NCBI GenBank assembly: GCA_964533625.1
Contig: CAZHNF010000010.1
Location: 11,875-75,874 of the forward strand
DNA: 64,000 nt
Source of the DNA: an uncultured Saprospiraceae bacterium
GTDB lineage: Bacteria; Bacteroidota; Bacteroidia; Chitinophagales; Saprospiraceae
Reading direction: 5' to 3'
Shown here piece by piece: positions 8,401 to 16,506 of the stretch. The notes beneath the pieces are model-generated. The model did not search any database. It was not told the origin of the DNA and saw only the letters and a program-made list of their open reading frames with translations. How positions within the stretch are numbered: the first letter of the stretch is position 1; the number at the start of each line of letters is the position of its first letter. Both the position numbers and the translations under genes were made by a program.

Positions 8401-10845
8401 TCCAGGCTCTGTTACCTGAAGATTTTGCAGAGAACTTGAAAAACCTCCCGGTCCCAACCATTGAAATTTTACATTGCCTTGTGTTCTGGTATTAATGTCA
8501 GCAAAATTCTTTTTACAATTAATACTATCTGATGAAAGATTAACAACGGGTCTTGTAAGGTCCTCCTTAATTTCGACAGAATCTATAGTTATACATCCAT
8601 TAGGTGAAATGATTGTTACTTTATAAATACCTTTTTCTTTTACCCAAATATTTTTTTTGTTCGAAGAAAAGCCATTGGAACTTTCCCATGAATAGTTGTA
8701 ATTGAAATTGGGATTAATAAGATGAGTCAAAGCGATTTCAACAGAATCGTCTAGACACTTTAAGTCTTTTGACTTTAGATTGATCATCGCCTTTGTGGTG
8801 TCAATTTTAATAATAATAAACGTATCCAAGACGCATCCTGAAGTATCTGTTAACCTAACTTCATACCTTCCCGGGATGTTGATTTTTGGCTTAAATTCTT
8901 TTGAAGAGTAACTAATATCGTTTCGATAAAATTCTATTTCTCTTAAGATCGACTGAGTTGAAGAGTTAACGGTGACATCAGCATTTATACAGCTTAGATC
9001 ACTAACACTATAATTATAGTCCGGTTTAACAATTTTTGATACTACATCAATGCTTTTAGATAAAGTACATCCATTTCTATTTCTTGCTAACAAGGAATAA
9101 GTTCCTTCAGCTTTAACGAATGGAAAACTGTCCTTAGAAATAAAAAATTGAGGACCCATCCAGGTGAAATCTATAAAATCAGAGAGTGGTCTTAATAATA
9201 ATTGTGTTGAATCTACAAGACAATTTATTAAGCCTGAACTGATTTCAAAGTCTGGTAAAATTTTATCTTCAATTACTTCAAAGTCAATCCTATTCATACA
9301 ACCTGACCCATCAGCAATTTGAACAGAGTACTTCCCTGCCGTATTAATTAGAGCAGTGTCTCGATCGCTTATTTTAACATTGCCTTCATTTCTCCAGGTC
9401 CAGGTGGGATTTGAAATATTGGTAAAAGAACGAGCAGTAATAATTGGTTTATCACAAGTTATGGTGTCATAAGTTAAACTTAAGTCAATTACTTTTCCAA
9501 TAGAAACAACTTCAACTTCAATGGAATCAGAACAAAATTCATTAGACAAAAGTAATTTGTATGTTCCTGCCTTATTGACAATAACCATCAATGGATTTGT
9601 GGTATCTAAAAAATTTCCATTTACCGTAGACCATTGAATCCTGGCGTTAGTAGGAACAAATGATGAGCTTGCATCTAGAACCGTGTTAAATCTGGTACAG
9701 GTCAGTGTATCTGGATTGTTTATAGTGGCTCTGATTTTATCAATTTTAAGATCTAAATCAATTATTGAATCACATCCATTGGCAGAAAATAATTTAATTT
9801 GATAATTACCATTTGTATCATAGTGAATTCCACCAACGATGACCGTATCATTCGGACATGTTCTAATGGTTAAGGCGGTTGAAGGAGGAGTTGGATGAAT
9901 ACGAAGACTGATGCAGTTTTTACTCAGGTCCCCACAAACATTAGCCTGACCAGATATTACAGAATTTCTAAATATGGAAAACTTAGTTGAAGAACCAAGT
10001 TTTGGTAATTTGAAACTATCTTGAATTAGATAAGATAATCCGCAAATCACATAATCACCTTCTGGATAATTTTGAAGATTTATACTTTTTGATATTTCTA
10101 AAATACTATCCTGTAGATTAGTGACGAAATACACGTAATCATATAAACTTGGATCGGGTGTAAATGTTGGTTGAACAGGTTTTAAACTAAGATTTAGATT
10201 AGGATCACCACTACAAAATTCAAGTTGAGTGTTATTAAAGTAACCTCCATGAGCGTTGCAAGCCTGACAATTTATTCCAGCATCGTCACAAAATAATATA
10301 CAAAATTGTTCAAGTAACCCTTCTTGAAATTTCCCTTCATCTTTAATAATTAATGTCCAAGTTCCATTAACCGGGCCAGAATTGAAGTTTTCAAGACATC
10401 CGTTATGTGGCCAATAAGTTCCGTTATAATATCGGTTAAATATTCCCCAGTTTTGTTTGTTGTCCCAACGTTGTTTGATTTTAGGGTCAGGAATGGCTTT
10501 TTCTTTGCAAGGAACAAAAGTTACATTCCACCTTGTAAATCCGGTTGAACCAGAATTTCCTACTGGACCAATAAGACCAACCGATTGACCGGATGGAGAA
10601 ACTAAGGTCATAGTAACATCTCCAAGAAAGGCGTGATTAAATTTTAATCTAATACCACAAACACCTTGATTGAGTGAATCGGATAGATTGTTGTTTACTG
10701 CACCACTGATTTGAATTCTTAAGGTTTGTGTGCTTTCATCTTTTATTATAATGTTGGTATCGATACAGCACCATTGAGCATTAGCTGCATTTAAATACAG
10801 ACAATACAGGATACAAACGGTTAAGTATCTTATCATTATAAGCAA
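5449..10845 (-). CDS. Giant repeat adhesin-like protein with T9SS type B C-terminal sorting domain
   Basis: ORF track, 1798 aa. Hydrophobic signal-like N-terminus. P-domain-like module (GDVTMTLVSPSGQSV..NGTWTLIIKD). Fifteen tandem ~78-aa two-Cys repeats. SprB-type repeat (DVSCLNRSDGEIRI..YTYSLDG). C-terminal SPNGDGLNDIFEF..YDRWGARVY..GVFVYHI. Start is ambiguous: TTG 10845 or ATG 10836. Confidence 0.9.
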   Translation of the reverse strand: MLIMIRYLTVCILYCLYLNAANAQWCCIDTNIIIKDESTQTLRIQISGAVNNNLSDSLNQGVCGIRLKFNHAFLGDVTMTLVSPSGQSVGLIGPVGNSGSTGFTRWNVTFVPCKEKAIPDPKIKQRWDNKQNWGIFNRYYNGTYWPHNGCLENFNSGPVNGTWTLIIKDEGKFQEGLLEQFCILFCDDAGINCQACNAHGGYFNNTQLEFCSGDPNLNLSLKPVQPTFTPDPSLYDYVYFVTNLQDSILEISKSINLQNYPEGDYVICGLSYLIQDSFKLPKLGSSTKFSIFRNSVISGQANVCGDLSKNCISLRIHPTPPSTALTIRTCPNDTVIVGGIHYDTNGNYQIKLFSANGCDSIIDLDLKIDKIRATINNPDTLTCTRFNTVLDASSSFVPTNARIQWSTVNGNFLDTTNPLMVIVNKAGTYKLLLSNEFCSDSIEVEVVSIGKVIDLSLTYDTITCDKPIITARSFTNISNPTWTWRNEGNVKISDRDTALINTAGKYSVQIADGSGCMNRIDFEVIEDKILPDFEISSGLINCLVDSTQLLLRPLSDFIDFTWMGPQFFISKDSFPFVKAEGTYSLLARNRNGCTLSKSIDVVSKIVKPDYNYSVSDLSCINADVTVNSSTQSILREIEFYRNDISYSSKEFKPKINIPGRYEVRLTDTSGCVLDTFIIIKIDTTKAMINLKSKDLKCLDDSVEIALTHLINPNFNYNYSWESSNGFSSNKKNIWVKEKGIYKVTIISPNGCITIDSVEIKEDLTRPVVNLSSDSINCKKNFADINTRTQGNVKFQWLGPGGFSSSLQNLQVTEPGLYTVTVTGSNNCTSQRTIEVVIDTITPFSFISADTVTCLKSITKFSVDYRGSIQSIEWTHNNLVFSTDSFPLTSDGGKYYLTVLGKNHCTSSDSILVVVDTARSMVNVSSDSISCLKNFADLVVLPIIPGVRYQWINTLLDTIQAVKLSVRQGGNYQLKVTDSNGCTSLYRHTVIENTSPPKVNLLADTLTCRRDSGFISVKTNLTNLKYQWQYPNGSIDSNSIFKIGESGFYLITVTDLFGCEFIDSIEVISKIKPPIINFSDTIINCKNKSNPFIEFNSIDSIEFFQWIDPNGNIINTRRINQPLEGNYTMMARDSANCPFQNRIQIKYDTLKNQVLNIYSDTLNCEIKNLKAKVNLIDSLVTYQWSGNGFNSSLAEPIFPGTGRYQVRILNKNFCALDTFVDILLDTIKPTFSIRSDSISCNRPMATLIVENLSDQNVRIIWTDSNSKTFSGNPLLTSTAGKYKVEVKKDNNKCITQVDHEVFADTIKPTIIVQDYTLKCRQDSIDLSVITSCRDGSIIWTTPRNQNIISNNIKVRDTGKYNIVVTCKNGCSNVASLNVFKNDSFPRITSIITSDLNCLRDSVRIILTAGTGDSIFTWSGPNFNSNNQNPIVRQAGLYKLRLSNQYGCFIDTTIQINLDTSKPLFSLIQLDTFRCNNKIITIRSTSLDPLTNQFIWKDSIGLILNSNSDSLQIRNGGKYFLEVKSQLTGCSNIQSISISDTINDIISANIQTIDVSCLNRSDGEIRILKVIGGEEEYTYSLDGTNYSSNSVFNQLIAGQYQVRIRDKFQCDYDTLITVSEKSPYSLVIFKDAIINPGDQIQLTIQTNMLNIFSSTWQPTLGLSCINCTQPIAKPTKTTEYELILLDSAGCEVRDKVLIEVLTDIDIYTPDVYSPNGDGLNDIFEFSVQEGILTIEVFEVYDRWGARVYHKENFDPRQKGFGWSGEFNGKPLNPGVFVYHIIAKTQLGTLVEKYGNLTLIR
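5452..5739 (-). other. T9SS type B (Bac_Flav_CTERM / CHU_C-like) sorting domain of the 1798-aa protein
   Basis: The last ~96 aa read DIYTPDVYSPNGDGLNDIFEF..VFEVYDRWGARVY..WSGEFNGKPLNPGVFVYHI..LIR. This is the pattern of TIGR04131-type domains. Confidence 0.8.
6235..9741 (-). repeat. Coding tandem array: 15 degenerate ~77-78-aa (about 231-234 nt) Ig-like repeats
   Basis: aa 369-1537 of the 1798-aa protein divide into 15 units. Each begins D[TK]..P and carries ..[ST].C.. near the start, a central W, then G.Y......GC near the end. Units are diverged, not identical. Confidence 0.8.
10288..10767 (-). other. Proprotein-convertase P-domain-like module at the N-terminus of the 1798-aa protein
   Basis: RLKFNHAFLGDVTMTLVSPSGQSVGLIGP..FTRWNVTF..GPVNGTWTLIIKDEGKFQEGLLEQFCILF resembles the PF01483 signature (H..gDL.i.L.SP.G....L .. 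G.W.L.v.D .. G.l..w.L.f). Boundaries are approximate. Confidence 0.55.
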
Positions 10846-10858
10846 TAAAATTCAAGTA

Positions 10859-10866
10859 CAAAGATA
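10859..10866 (-). promoter_or_regulatory. Candidate Bacteroidota -7 box TATCTTTG
   Basis: Matches TAnnTTTG on the minus strand, 13 nt upstream of TTG 10845 and 22 nt upstream of ATG 10836. A short motif that can occur by chance in AT-rich DNA. Confidence 0.35.
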
Positions 10867-11071
10867 ATATAATCTCGAACCACGTAAAATCTAACGCAAG
10901 ATGCTCATTATCAATTATATATAATCTAAATTAATTTTGTTGTATTTATGACCTATAAAATAGAATAAATGCTGCCTCATAATAGAATTTTTTAAGGCAA
11001 AATCTACTAGGCTATGATCTTATGATTAGGAGTTCAAAAAGCAGGTTAAACTAAACTAAGATCAGAATTAT

Positions 11072-11515
11072 CTACATAAATATCTTATTCCTTAATTCAC
11101 CGATATTCATATCAATCAACTCTTCATAAGAAAGATTAAGGTGGTAAATATTGGTCTTCGAATTCAATGCGCGGCGATAGGCTTGTTTTATGGACTTTGA
11201 GTAAAGTATTAAGCCAATACAAACAGCAATGCTATTTAATAACCAGGCCACCCAGTATTTGCCACATCCCGTTCTTAATTCCCAGATGCCAATTTCAACC
11301 TCACCTTTCCAATCCGCGTTATATTCGGTTAGTACATGATGAATGTCATGCAGTCGGGCAACTTTTACTCGGGCTGAAATATTCGGTAAAGGAATAAAAA
11401 TCTTACCTATTTTAATTTTAAAAAATTTATCATTATACCCACCATCTTTGAAATGATAATGGCTAAAGAAAAGTGAAAGAGCTTCTTTCACCTTTAAAGA
11501 AGAATCAAATTTCAT
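11072..11515 (-). CDS. Small membrane-associated protein with a Coq4-like HDxxH-x10-GE motif
   Basis: ORF track, 147 aa. LHDIHHVLTEYNADWKGEVEIGIWEL has the same spacing as the Coq4-family metal site (HDxxH, 10 residues, GE). A hydrophobic segment YWVAWLLNSIAVCIGLILY is present. Confidence 0.55.
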   Translation of the reverse strand: MKFDSSLKVKEALSLFFSHYHFKDGGYNDKFFKIKIGKIFIPLPNISARVKVARLHDIHHVLTEYNADWKGEVEIGIWELRTGCGKYWVAWLLNSIAVCIGLILYSKSIKQAYRRALNSKTNIYHLNLSYEELIDMNIGELRNKIFM

Positions 11516-11680
11516 GATTCACATTATATTTTATCTAACGAATATTTTGATGAAAAGTTGAAGGGCCAAGTATTATATCACAGATTATTAGATCTTATTG
11601 CGTCGTTAAGTTAATTTTTCATTACAAAAGAAACAGGTCAAATAAGTGATAATTAAAAGTTTTGAATTAATTATAGTTCA

Positions 11681-13642
11681 CTATTCTTCACTCTCATCAT
11701 TACCTTCTTCAGGTTTATTAATTTTACCACCATACCTTGGACAATCAATTGGGCTAAGGACTCGAATAGTATTCTGTTTGGTGATTATTAGGCTGTCAAC
11801 GATGTTATAGATCTTTAATTTAGCGCTGTAAGTGCCGGGTTGGATGTATAAAACTTTGGGATTCTTTTCAAAACTTATTGATGGATTAGCTCCAGGTAAT
11901 TCCCATTCATAGCGTATAGCTCCACTTGTGTTATTGATAAATTCAATTTTACCGGGCGCACAAATTCTAGAAACATTGGACGAGAAATTTCCAATTAAAG
12001 GACTGTATACTTCTATTTCGATTGATTTACATTTTTCTCCGCACTGATTAATACAACAAAGTTCAACTTTATATTTACCATCTTTGGCGTATGCATGAGT
12101 TGGATTTTCCTCTATCGAAGTTTCTCCGTCACCAAATTTCCAAAGGTATGCATCTGCATTTTTGGATTGATTTTTAATATTAAGGGTATGGTAATTTACC
12201 GATGAGGAATAATTTACAATAACTTCCGGTAATACCTCAATATATTTTTTGTAAGAAACAGTACTGCTTCCAAAAAAATTGATCGCTGTTAAAGTGACGT
12301 CATAAAACCCCGTTACAGGATATTGCACTACAGGATTCTGGAGATTAGAGGAGGAAGGTATACCCCCAGGAAATTTCCATTCCCAACTATTAGGAAATCG
12401 ATCAGAGGCATCCGTAAAAAATACAGACTTACCAATGCATATCTCCTGAGTAGATGCTTCCAAGTCAGCTATCGGAGGTAAACCGGAATTACATATACCA
12501 ACACAACCAAGTGTTTTGATAAAATTATTAACAGCGTTCTGTGAGTTTAATGACCATACGTTTGAATTAGTTAAAGAAGGAGACATAATAAAGTTACTAC
12601 CTCCATCGTGTTCGGCGTTAAAGGAATGGCCTAACTCATGGGCTTGTAAGGCTCTTAACAAACTAACTGAACCACCTATGTCGGTACATACATTATATCT
12701 TGTCGGGGTACAAACTGATCCCACCCATGCTAATCCTATCACCGATGAATACTTTCTAGTCCAGGCGGTTGCTACTGAGTATGGTGCTCCTCCATATCCA
12801 CCGGTTTCAGCCCAGATTCGATGTTTGTCTAGGTGTAAATCAATATTATTAATTCCATTCCAAGGGTCATCCGCATCTGTCGTCGGAACAAATATGGTAG
12901 AAATGTTGAATTCAATAACGGAGTGAAATTCGTTATCATAATTGGTTTGCACATTAGCCAGAACGGAAGCCACAAAAGCTTCTGCATTCGTTACACTACC
13001 TTTATTATCGTAAATGGTCTTATCACAAGCTATGGCAATATCTACCGTTATGCAATTCGGTAATAATGATTCTGTCTTTTGGGCAATTCTATTTCTCAAG
13101 AAATTATTAGAGTTGTTTAATCCACAATTAACTTTGTGATCAAGTATTCTATCCGTAGCATTATAAATTATAAATAAATCATTTAAAGCATTTGGTTCCT
13201 GATAACTAATAGGTTCTATGTTGATTTCTTGACCATTGAATAAGAAAAATCCATAGATATGATTTTCGGCTAAGGATAAGCTACCAATAGTACTTATGTT
13301 ATTTACAGAGATGACCTTAAAGACTCTAAGCTTAGAACTTAAATTATTTTCTTTATTCGAGTTTCGACCAGTAACTAATTTATAATTTTCTTTAAAAATG
13401 GAAAATTCAGCTATCTCCAATTTGTACTCATTGGATGAGGTCTTAAAGTTAATTTTTTGAATTAATGTTTGCTTCGAAAATGAATTAATCGTCTCTTTTA
13501 CATTCATTTTGATCAATTCATAATAACAAAACTGATCGTTTAATTTAAGTATTGGGTTAGAATTGATATGGCTTGGCAAAGTTTTGCCTGACGCTGCGTC
13601 AAGTAAAAGAATAAGAAATACAAAGACTATGCCTCTGCTCAA
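11681..13642 (-). CDS. Reprolysin-like (M12B-type) zinc metalloprotease with 3 PKD modules, lacking a T9SS C-terminal domain
   Basis: 653 aa with a TTG start (no in-frame ATG upstream; TAA at 13652-13654 closes the frame). Signal-like N-terminus. HELGHSFNAEHD is encoded at 12605-12640. Three PKD modules (WKFPGGIPS, WKFGDGETS, WELPGANPS). Ends ..SPIDCPRYGGKINKPEEGNDESEE-stop. Confidence 0.85.
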   Translation of the reverse strand: MSRGIVFVFLILLLDAASGKTLPSHINSNPILKLNDQFCYYELIKMNVKETINSFSKQTLIQKINFKTSSNEYKLEIAEFSIFKENYKLVTGRNSNKENNLSSKLRVFKVISVNNISTIGSLSLAENHIYGFFLFNGQEINIEPISYQEPNALNDLFIIYNATDRILDHKVNCGLNNSNNFLRNRIAQKTESLLPNCITVDIAIACDKTIYDNKGSVTNAEAFVASVLANVQTNYDNEFHSVIEFNISTIFVPTTDADDPWNGINNIDLHLDKHRIWAETGGYGGAPYSVATAWTRKYSSVIGLAWVGSVCTPTRYNVCTDIGGSVSLLRALQAHELGHSFNAEHDGGSNFIMSPSLTNSNVWSLNSQNAVNNFIKTLGCVGICNSGLPPIADLEASTQEICIGKSVFFTDASDRFPNSWEWKFPGGIPSSSNLQNPVVQYPVTGFYDVTLTAINFFGSSTVSYKKYIEVLPEVIVNYSSSVNYHTLNIKNQSKNADAYLWKFGDGETSIEENPTHAYAKDGKYKVELCCINQCGEKCKSIEIEVYSPLIGNFSSNVSRICAPGKIEFINNTSGAIRYEWELPGANPSISFEKNPKVLYIQPGTYSAKLKIYNIVDSLIITKQNTIRVLSPIDCPRYGGKINKPEEGNDESEE

Positions 13643-13720
13643 TGAATGGGATTAAAATGATTTATAGAAAATTTCCTTAATTAAGTTCTATTTACGAAAA
13701 TTTCCTATCTATATAACGCT

Positions 13721-16480
13721 CTACTTTATTATTACGAATCTTTTAGTTATCCTAGAATTATTGTTTTGAACATTAATAAAATAAACTCCGGGATTTCTAT
13801 CCGATAGATTAAATTCAATTTGTGGACCAAGTATTTTACCTGAATTCGTCAACTCCATATTAACTCCAGTTAAGTCAGATATGCTAATTAGAGTGCTAGC
13901 TTGCTGGAATTCAACAGGAAGATTTAAAGTAAATATTCCACTGTTTGGATTAGGAGTAATTGTAAGCTGTTGATTAGAACCAGTTGAGCTTCTGTAATTA
14001 AGGTCATTCCATTCATCATCTGCTTTGGCTACGGCTTTATTGTTTTTTCCACCATGTTGAGGGCACAATACCGGAGACAAGCTTTCAACAAATGAAATTT
14101 GCTTCAAAATGGTGCTATCATTATTGCTATATGCAATTAAAGTAACATCAAATTTTCCTTGTTTGCTATACTTAACCTTTGGATCAGTCTCTGCACTGGT
14201 TGATGGATTTCCTCCTGGAAAAATCCAACGATAAGAGGTAGCTCCTACAGATTTATTTTTGAAATTCACCGTCATGGGAAGGCATGCCTTATTGTTATCA
14301 GATGTAAAAGCTGCAATTAATGTCCGTACTAATTCTACTTCTTTGCATAAGGTATCTTTTCCGCAACCATTATCAGTGATCAAACAAACATTATATTTTC
14401 CTGGTCCAGAAAAAGTATAATTAGGATTTCTTTCAGTGCTCGTCTTACCATCACCGAAATTCCATCTGTAACTATATTTTGCAGGTCGAACCGTGTCTAT
14501 CGTTTTATTATCAAACTGTATGCTATACCCTACTTGTGAATTATAATTGAAATCCGATTTAGGTTTCTTATCCACTTTAATAAAACGTGAAATGATTTTT
14601 ACATTATTGAACTTAGAGTTAGAGGCAGTAAGTTTAACTTCATAAACTCCAGGTGTAGAATAAGTAATGGTTGGTTCTTTATCAGATGAAGTGGATGGGG
14701 TGCCTCCTGGGAACTCCCATTTATATACTGTCGAATTTGAAGAAGAGCTATTTTTAAATTTAACTTTAAGATCGGCGCATCCTTCCTGAATATCTGAAGT
14801 AAAATTGGCTACAGGAGGTGTAACGACTTGTACATTGACACTTTTACAAATAGTCCCGCATAAATTCGTTGCACATAATTCAACTTTATAAGTACCATCT
14901 TTTTTATAAATATAGCTTGGTTCATCTTCAGTAGATGTAACGCCATCACCGAATTTCCATAAGTAAGAATCTGCATCCTGTGAGGTATTGGAAGTAAGCA
15001 GTTCATTGTTATTGATTATATTAGCTGTAAATGAATTAGTGACAGCAGGTGATATTTCAATGAACTGAGAAAGAGTCAAGGTATTATTACCGAAAGAATT
15101 GGTAACTTTTAAGGTAACATCATAGGTACCTCCGTTTTTATAAACAATTACAGGATGTTGTTGAGTTGAACTTGAAGGAGTTCCACCTGGAAATGTCCAA
15201 GCCCAGGTTGTAGGAGTCCCTTGTGATAAATCAGTAAATTTTATTGAAGTATTAGCACAGCCAGGATTTGGTGATGCTGTGAAATCAGCTGTTGGTGGTG
15301 TACCCGAAGAACAACCTCCGGCACAACCTACAAATGGAAGATATGAATTTATAGAGTTTAGTGAAGCTGGTGACCAAGTATTAGAATTGCTAACTGCTGG
15401 TGCCATTATAAAACCGGAACCTGAAGCATCATGATCAGCATCAAAATTATGACCTAATTCATGAGATTGTAAACATCTTAATAATCCTGCAGAACCTCCA
15501 AAATCAGAACATACATTATATCGATAGCCACCACACATAGCACCTACCCATGCCAATCCTATGGCCCCGGAAGTATACTTTGTTGTCCAGGTTGTGGCTA
15601 CTGCATAGGAAGCTCCACCGTATCCTCCTCCATTTCCCCAAGAGGTGTGTGTATTTAAATGAGAATTGATATTATTGATTGAATTCCATGGATCTTCACC
15701 TGCATTGGTCGGCACATATGTAGCTGCAACTCCAAACTCAATGGCAGAGTTAAATTCATTATCGTAATTTGTTTGAACGTTATTTAGAACACCTATCATA
15801 AAAGCTTCAGCACCTGCGATGCCTCCACGTTTATTAAATACCGTTAAGTCACAAGAAAGTGCGACATCAACAGATAAGCAACCAGCTCTAAGAGCGTTTG
15901 GTTGAGTTACTAATTCATCACCAATTCTACCCTTATTATGTAGATCATCCGAACCGCAGGTAATGTTATTGGTCGGAATTACATCGACTTCATTATAAAT
16001 TACAAATTCATCAGGGAGAGCTTTAGGATCAAAAGAAATTAAAGGTTCAATGAAAGTTCTATTTCCCGCTATTTCAATAAAACCATAAATAAAGTGGTCA
16101 GCAATGGTAAGATTAGACAATCCGGCTCTAGGTGAATTAGGAATAACTTTATAGGTTTTAATTCTACCTTCATTCGGCTTATTTACTAAACCCTTTTGCC
16201 CGCCTGTACGGAGGTAATAATCTTTCTTTAATAAATTGAATTCTGTTAGAGTAAGATCCCAGTGTACAGTTGGAGTGTTAATGGATATTGAATGACTATT
16301 TGATCTGGAATTTAGTGAAGACTGAATAGCATCAATCTGAAGATTGATGACTTCAAATTTCTTAAATTTTTGAGATAATATATTATCAGAATAATTCTGT
16401 ACGAGCTTGGCTTCAAAGGTTTGAGCTTTCAAGCCATTAAGAACTAATAGACACAGAATCAGGCAGTTTTTAGCATTCAT
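13721..16480 (-). CDS. Reprolysin-like zinc metalloprotease with 5 PKD modules and T9SS type A C-terminal domain
   Basis: 919 aa. Signal peptide. HELGHNFDADHD at 15428-15463. Five PKD modules. CPQHGGKNNK linker at 14036-14065. C-terminal LTITPNPNSGIFTLNL..GVYFINVQ..KRFVIIK. Confidence 0.9.
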   Translation of the reverse strand: MNAKNCLILCLLVLNGLKAQTFEAKLVQNYSDNILSQKFKKFEVINLQIDAIQSSLNSRSNSHSISINTPTVHWDLTLTEFNLLKKDYYLRTGGQKGLVNKPNEGRIKTYKVIPNSPRAGLSNLTIADHFIYGFIEIAGNRTFIEPLISFDPKALPDEFVIYNEVDVIPTNNITCGSDDLHNKGRIGDELVTQPNALRAGCLSVDVALSCDLTVFNKRGGIAGAEAFMIGVLNNVQTNYDNEFNSAIEFGVAATYVPTNAGEDPWNSINNINSHLNTHTSWGNGGGYGGASYAVATTWTTKYTSGAIGLAWVGAMCGGYRYNVCSDFGGSAGLLRCLQSHELGHNFDADHDASGSGFIMAPAVSNSNTWSPASLNSINSYLPFVGCAGGCSSGTPPTADFTASPNPGCANTSIKFTDLSQGTPTTWAWTFPGGTPSSSTQQHPVIVYKNGGTYDVTLKVTNSFGNNTLTLSQFIEISPAVTNSFTANIINNNELLTSNTSQDADSYLWKFGDGVTSTEDEPSYIYKKDGTYKVELCATNLCGTICKSVNVQVVTPPVANFTSDIQEGCADLKVKFKNSSSSNSTVYKWEFPGGTPSTSSDKEPTITYSTPGVYEVKLTASNSKFNNVKIISRFIKVDKKPKSDFNYNSQVGYSIQFDNKTIDTVRPAKYSYRWNFGDGKTSTERNPNYTFSGPGKYNVCLITDNGCGKDTLCKEVELVRTLIAAFTSDNNKACLPMTVNFKNKSVGATSYRWIFPGGNPSTSAETDPKVKYSKQGKFDVTLIAYSNNDSTILKQISFVESLSPVLCPQHGGKNNKAVAKADDEWNDLNYRSSTGSNQQLTITPNPNSGIFTLNLPVEFQQASTLISISDLTGVNMELTNSGKILGPQIEFNLSDRNPGVYFINVQNNNSRITKRFVIIK
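13724..13966 (-). other. T9SS type A (Por_Secre_tail-like) C-terminal sorting domain
   Basis: The last ~81 aa read LTITPNPNSGIFTLNLPVEF..ISISDLTGV..GVYFINVQNNNSRITKRFVIIK, the pattern of TIGR04183-type CTDs. Confidence 0.8.
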
Positions 16481-16506
16481 ATTTAATATAGAACTGATAT
16501 TTGTTG

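Noticed and set aside
6235-9741. Periodic ~231-234-nt structure considered as a CRISPR array or non-coding tandem repeat.
   Set aside because: The period is far too long, the units are degenerate, there is no repeat/spacer alternation, and the region is a continuous ORF. It is a coding protein-domain array.
11516-11683. Possibility that the 653-aa protease has a frameshifted T9SS CTD remnant downstream of its stop.
   Set aside because: Hand translation of all three minus-strand frames gives stop-rich, AT-rich sequence with no PNP..G / hydrophobic beta-strand CTD pattern.
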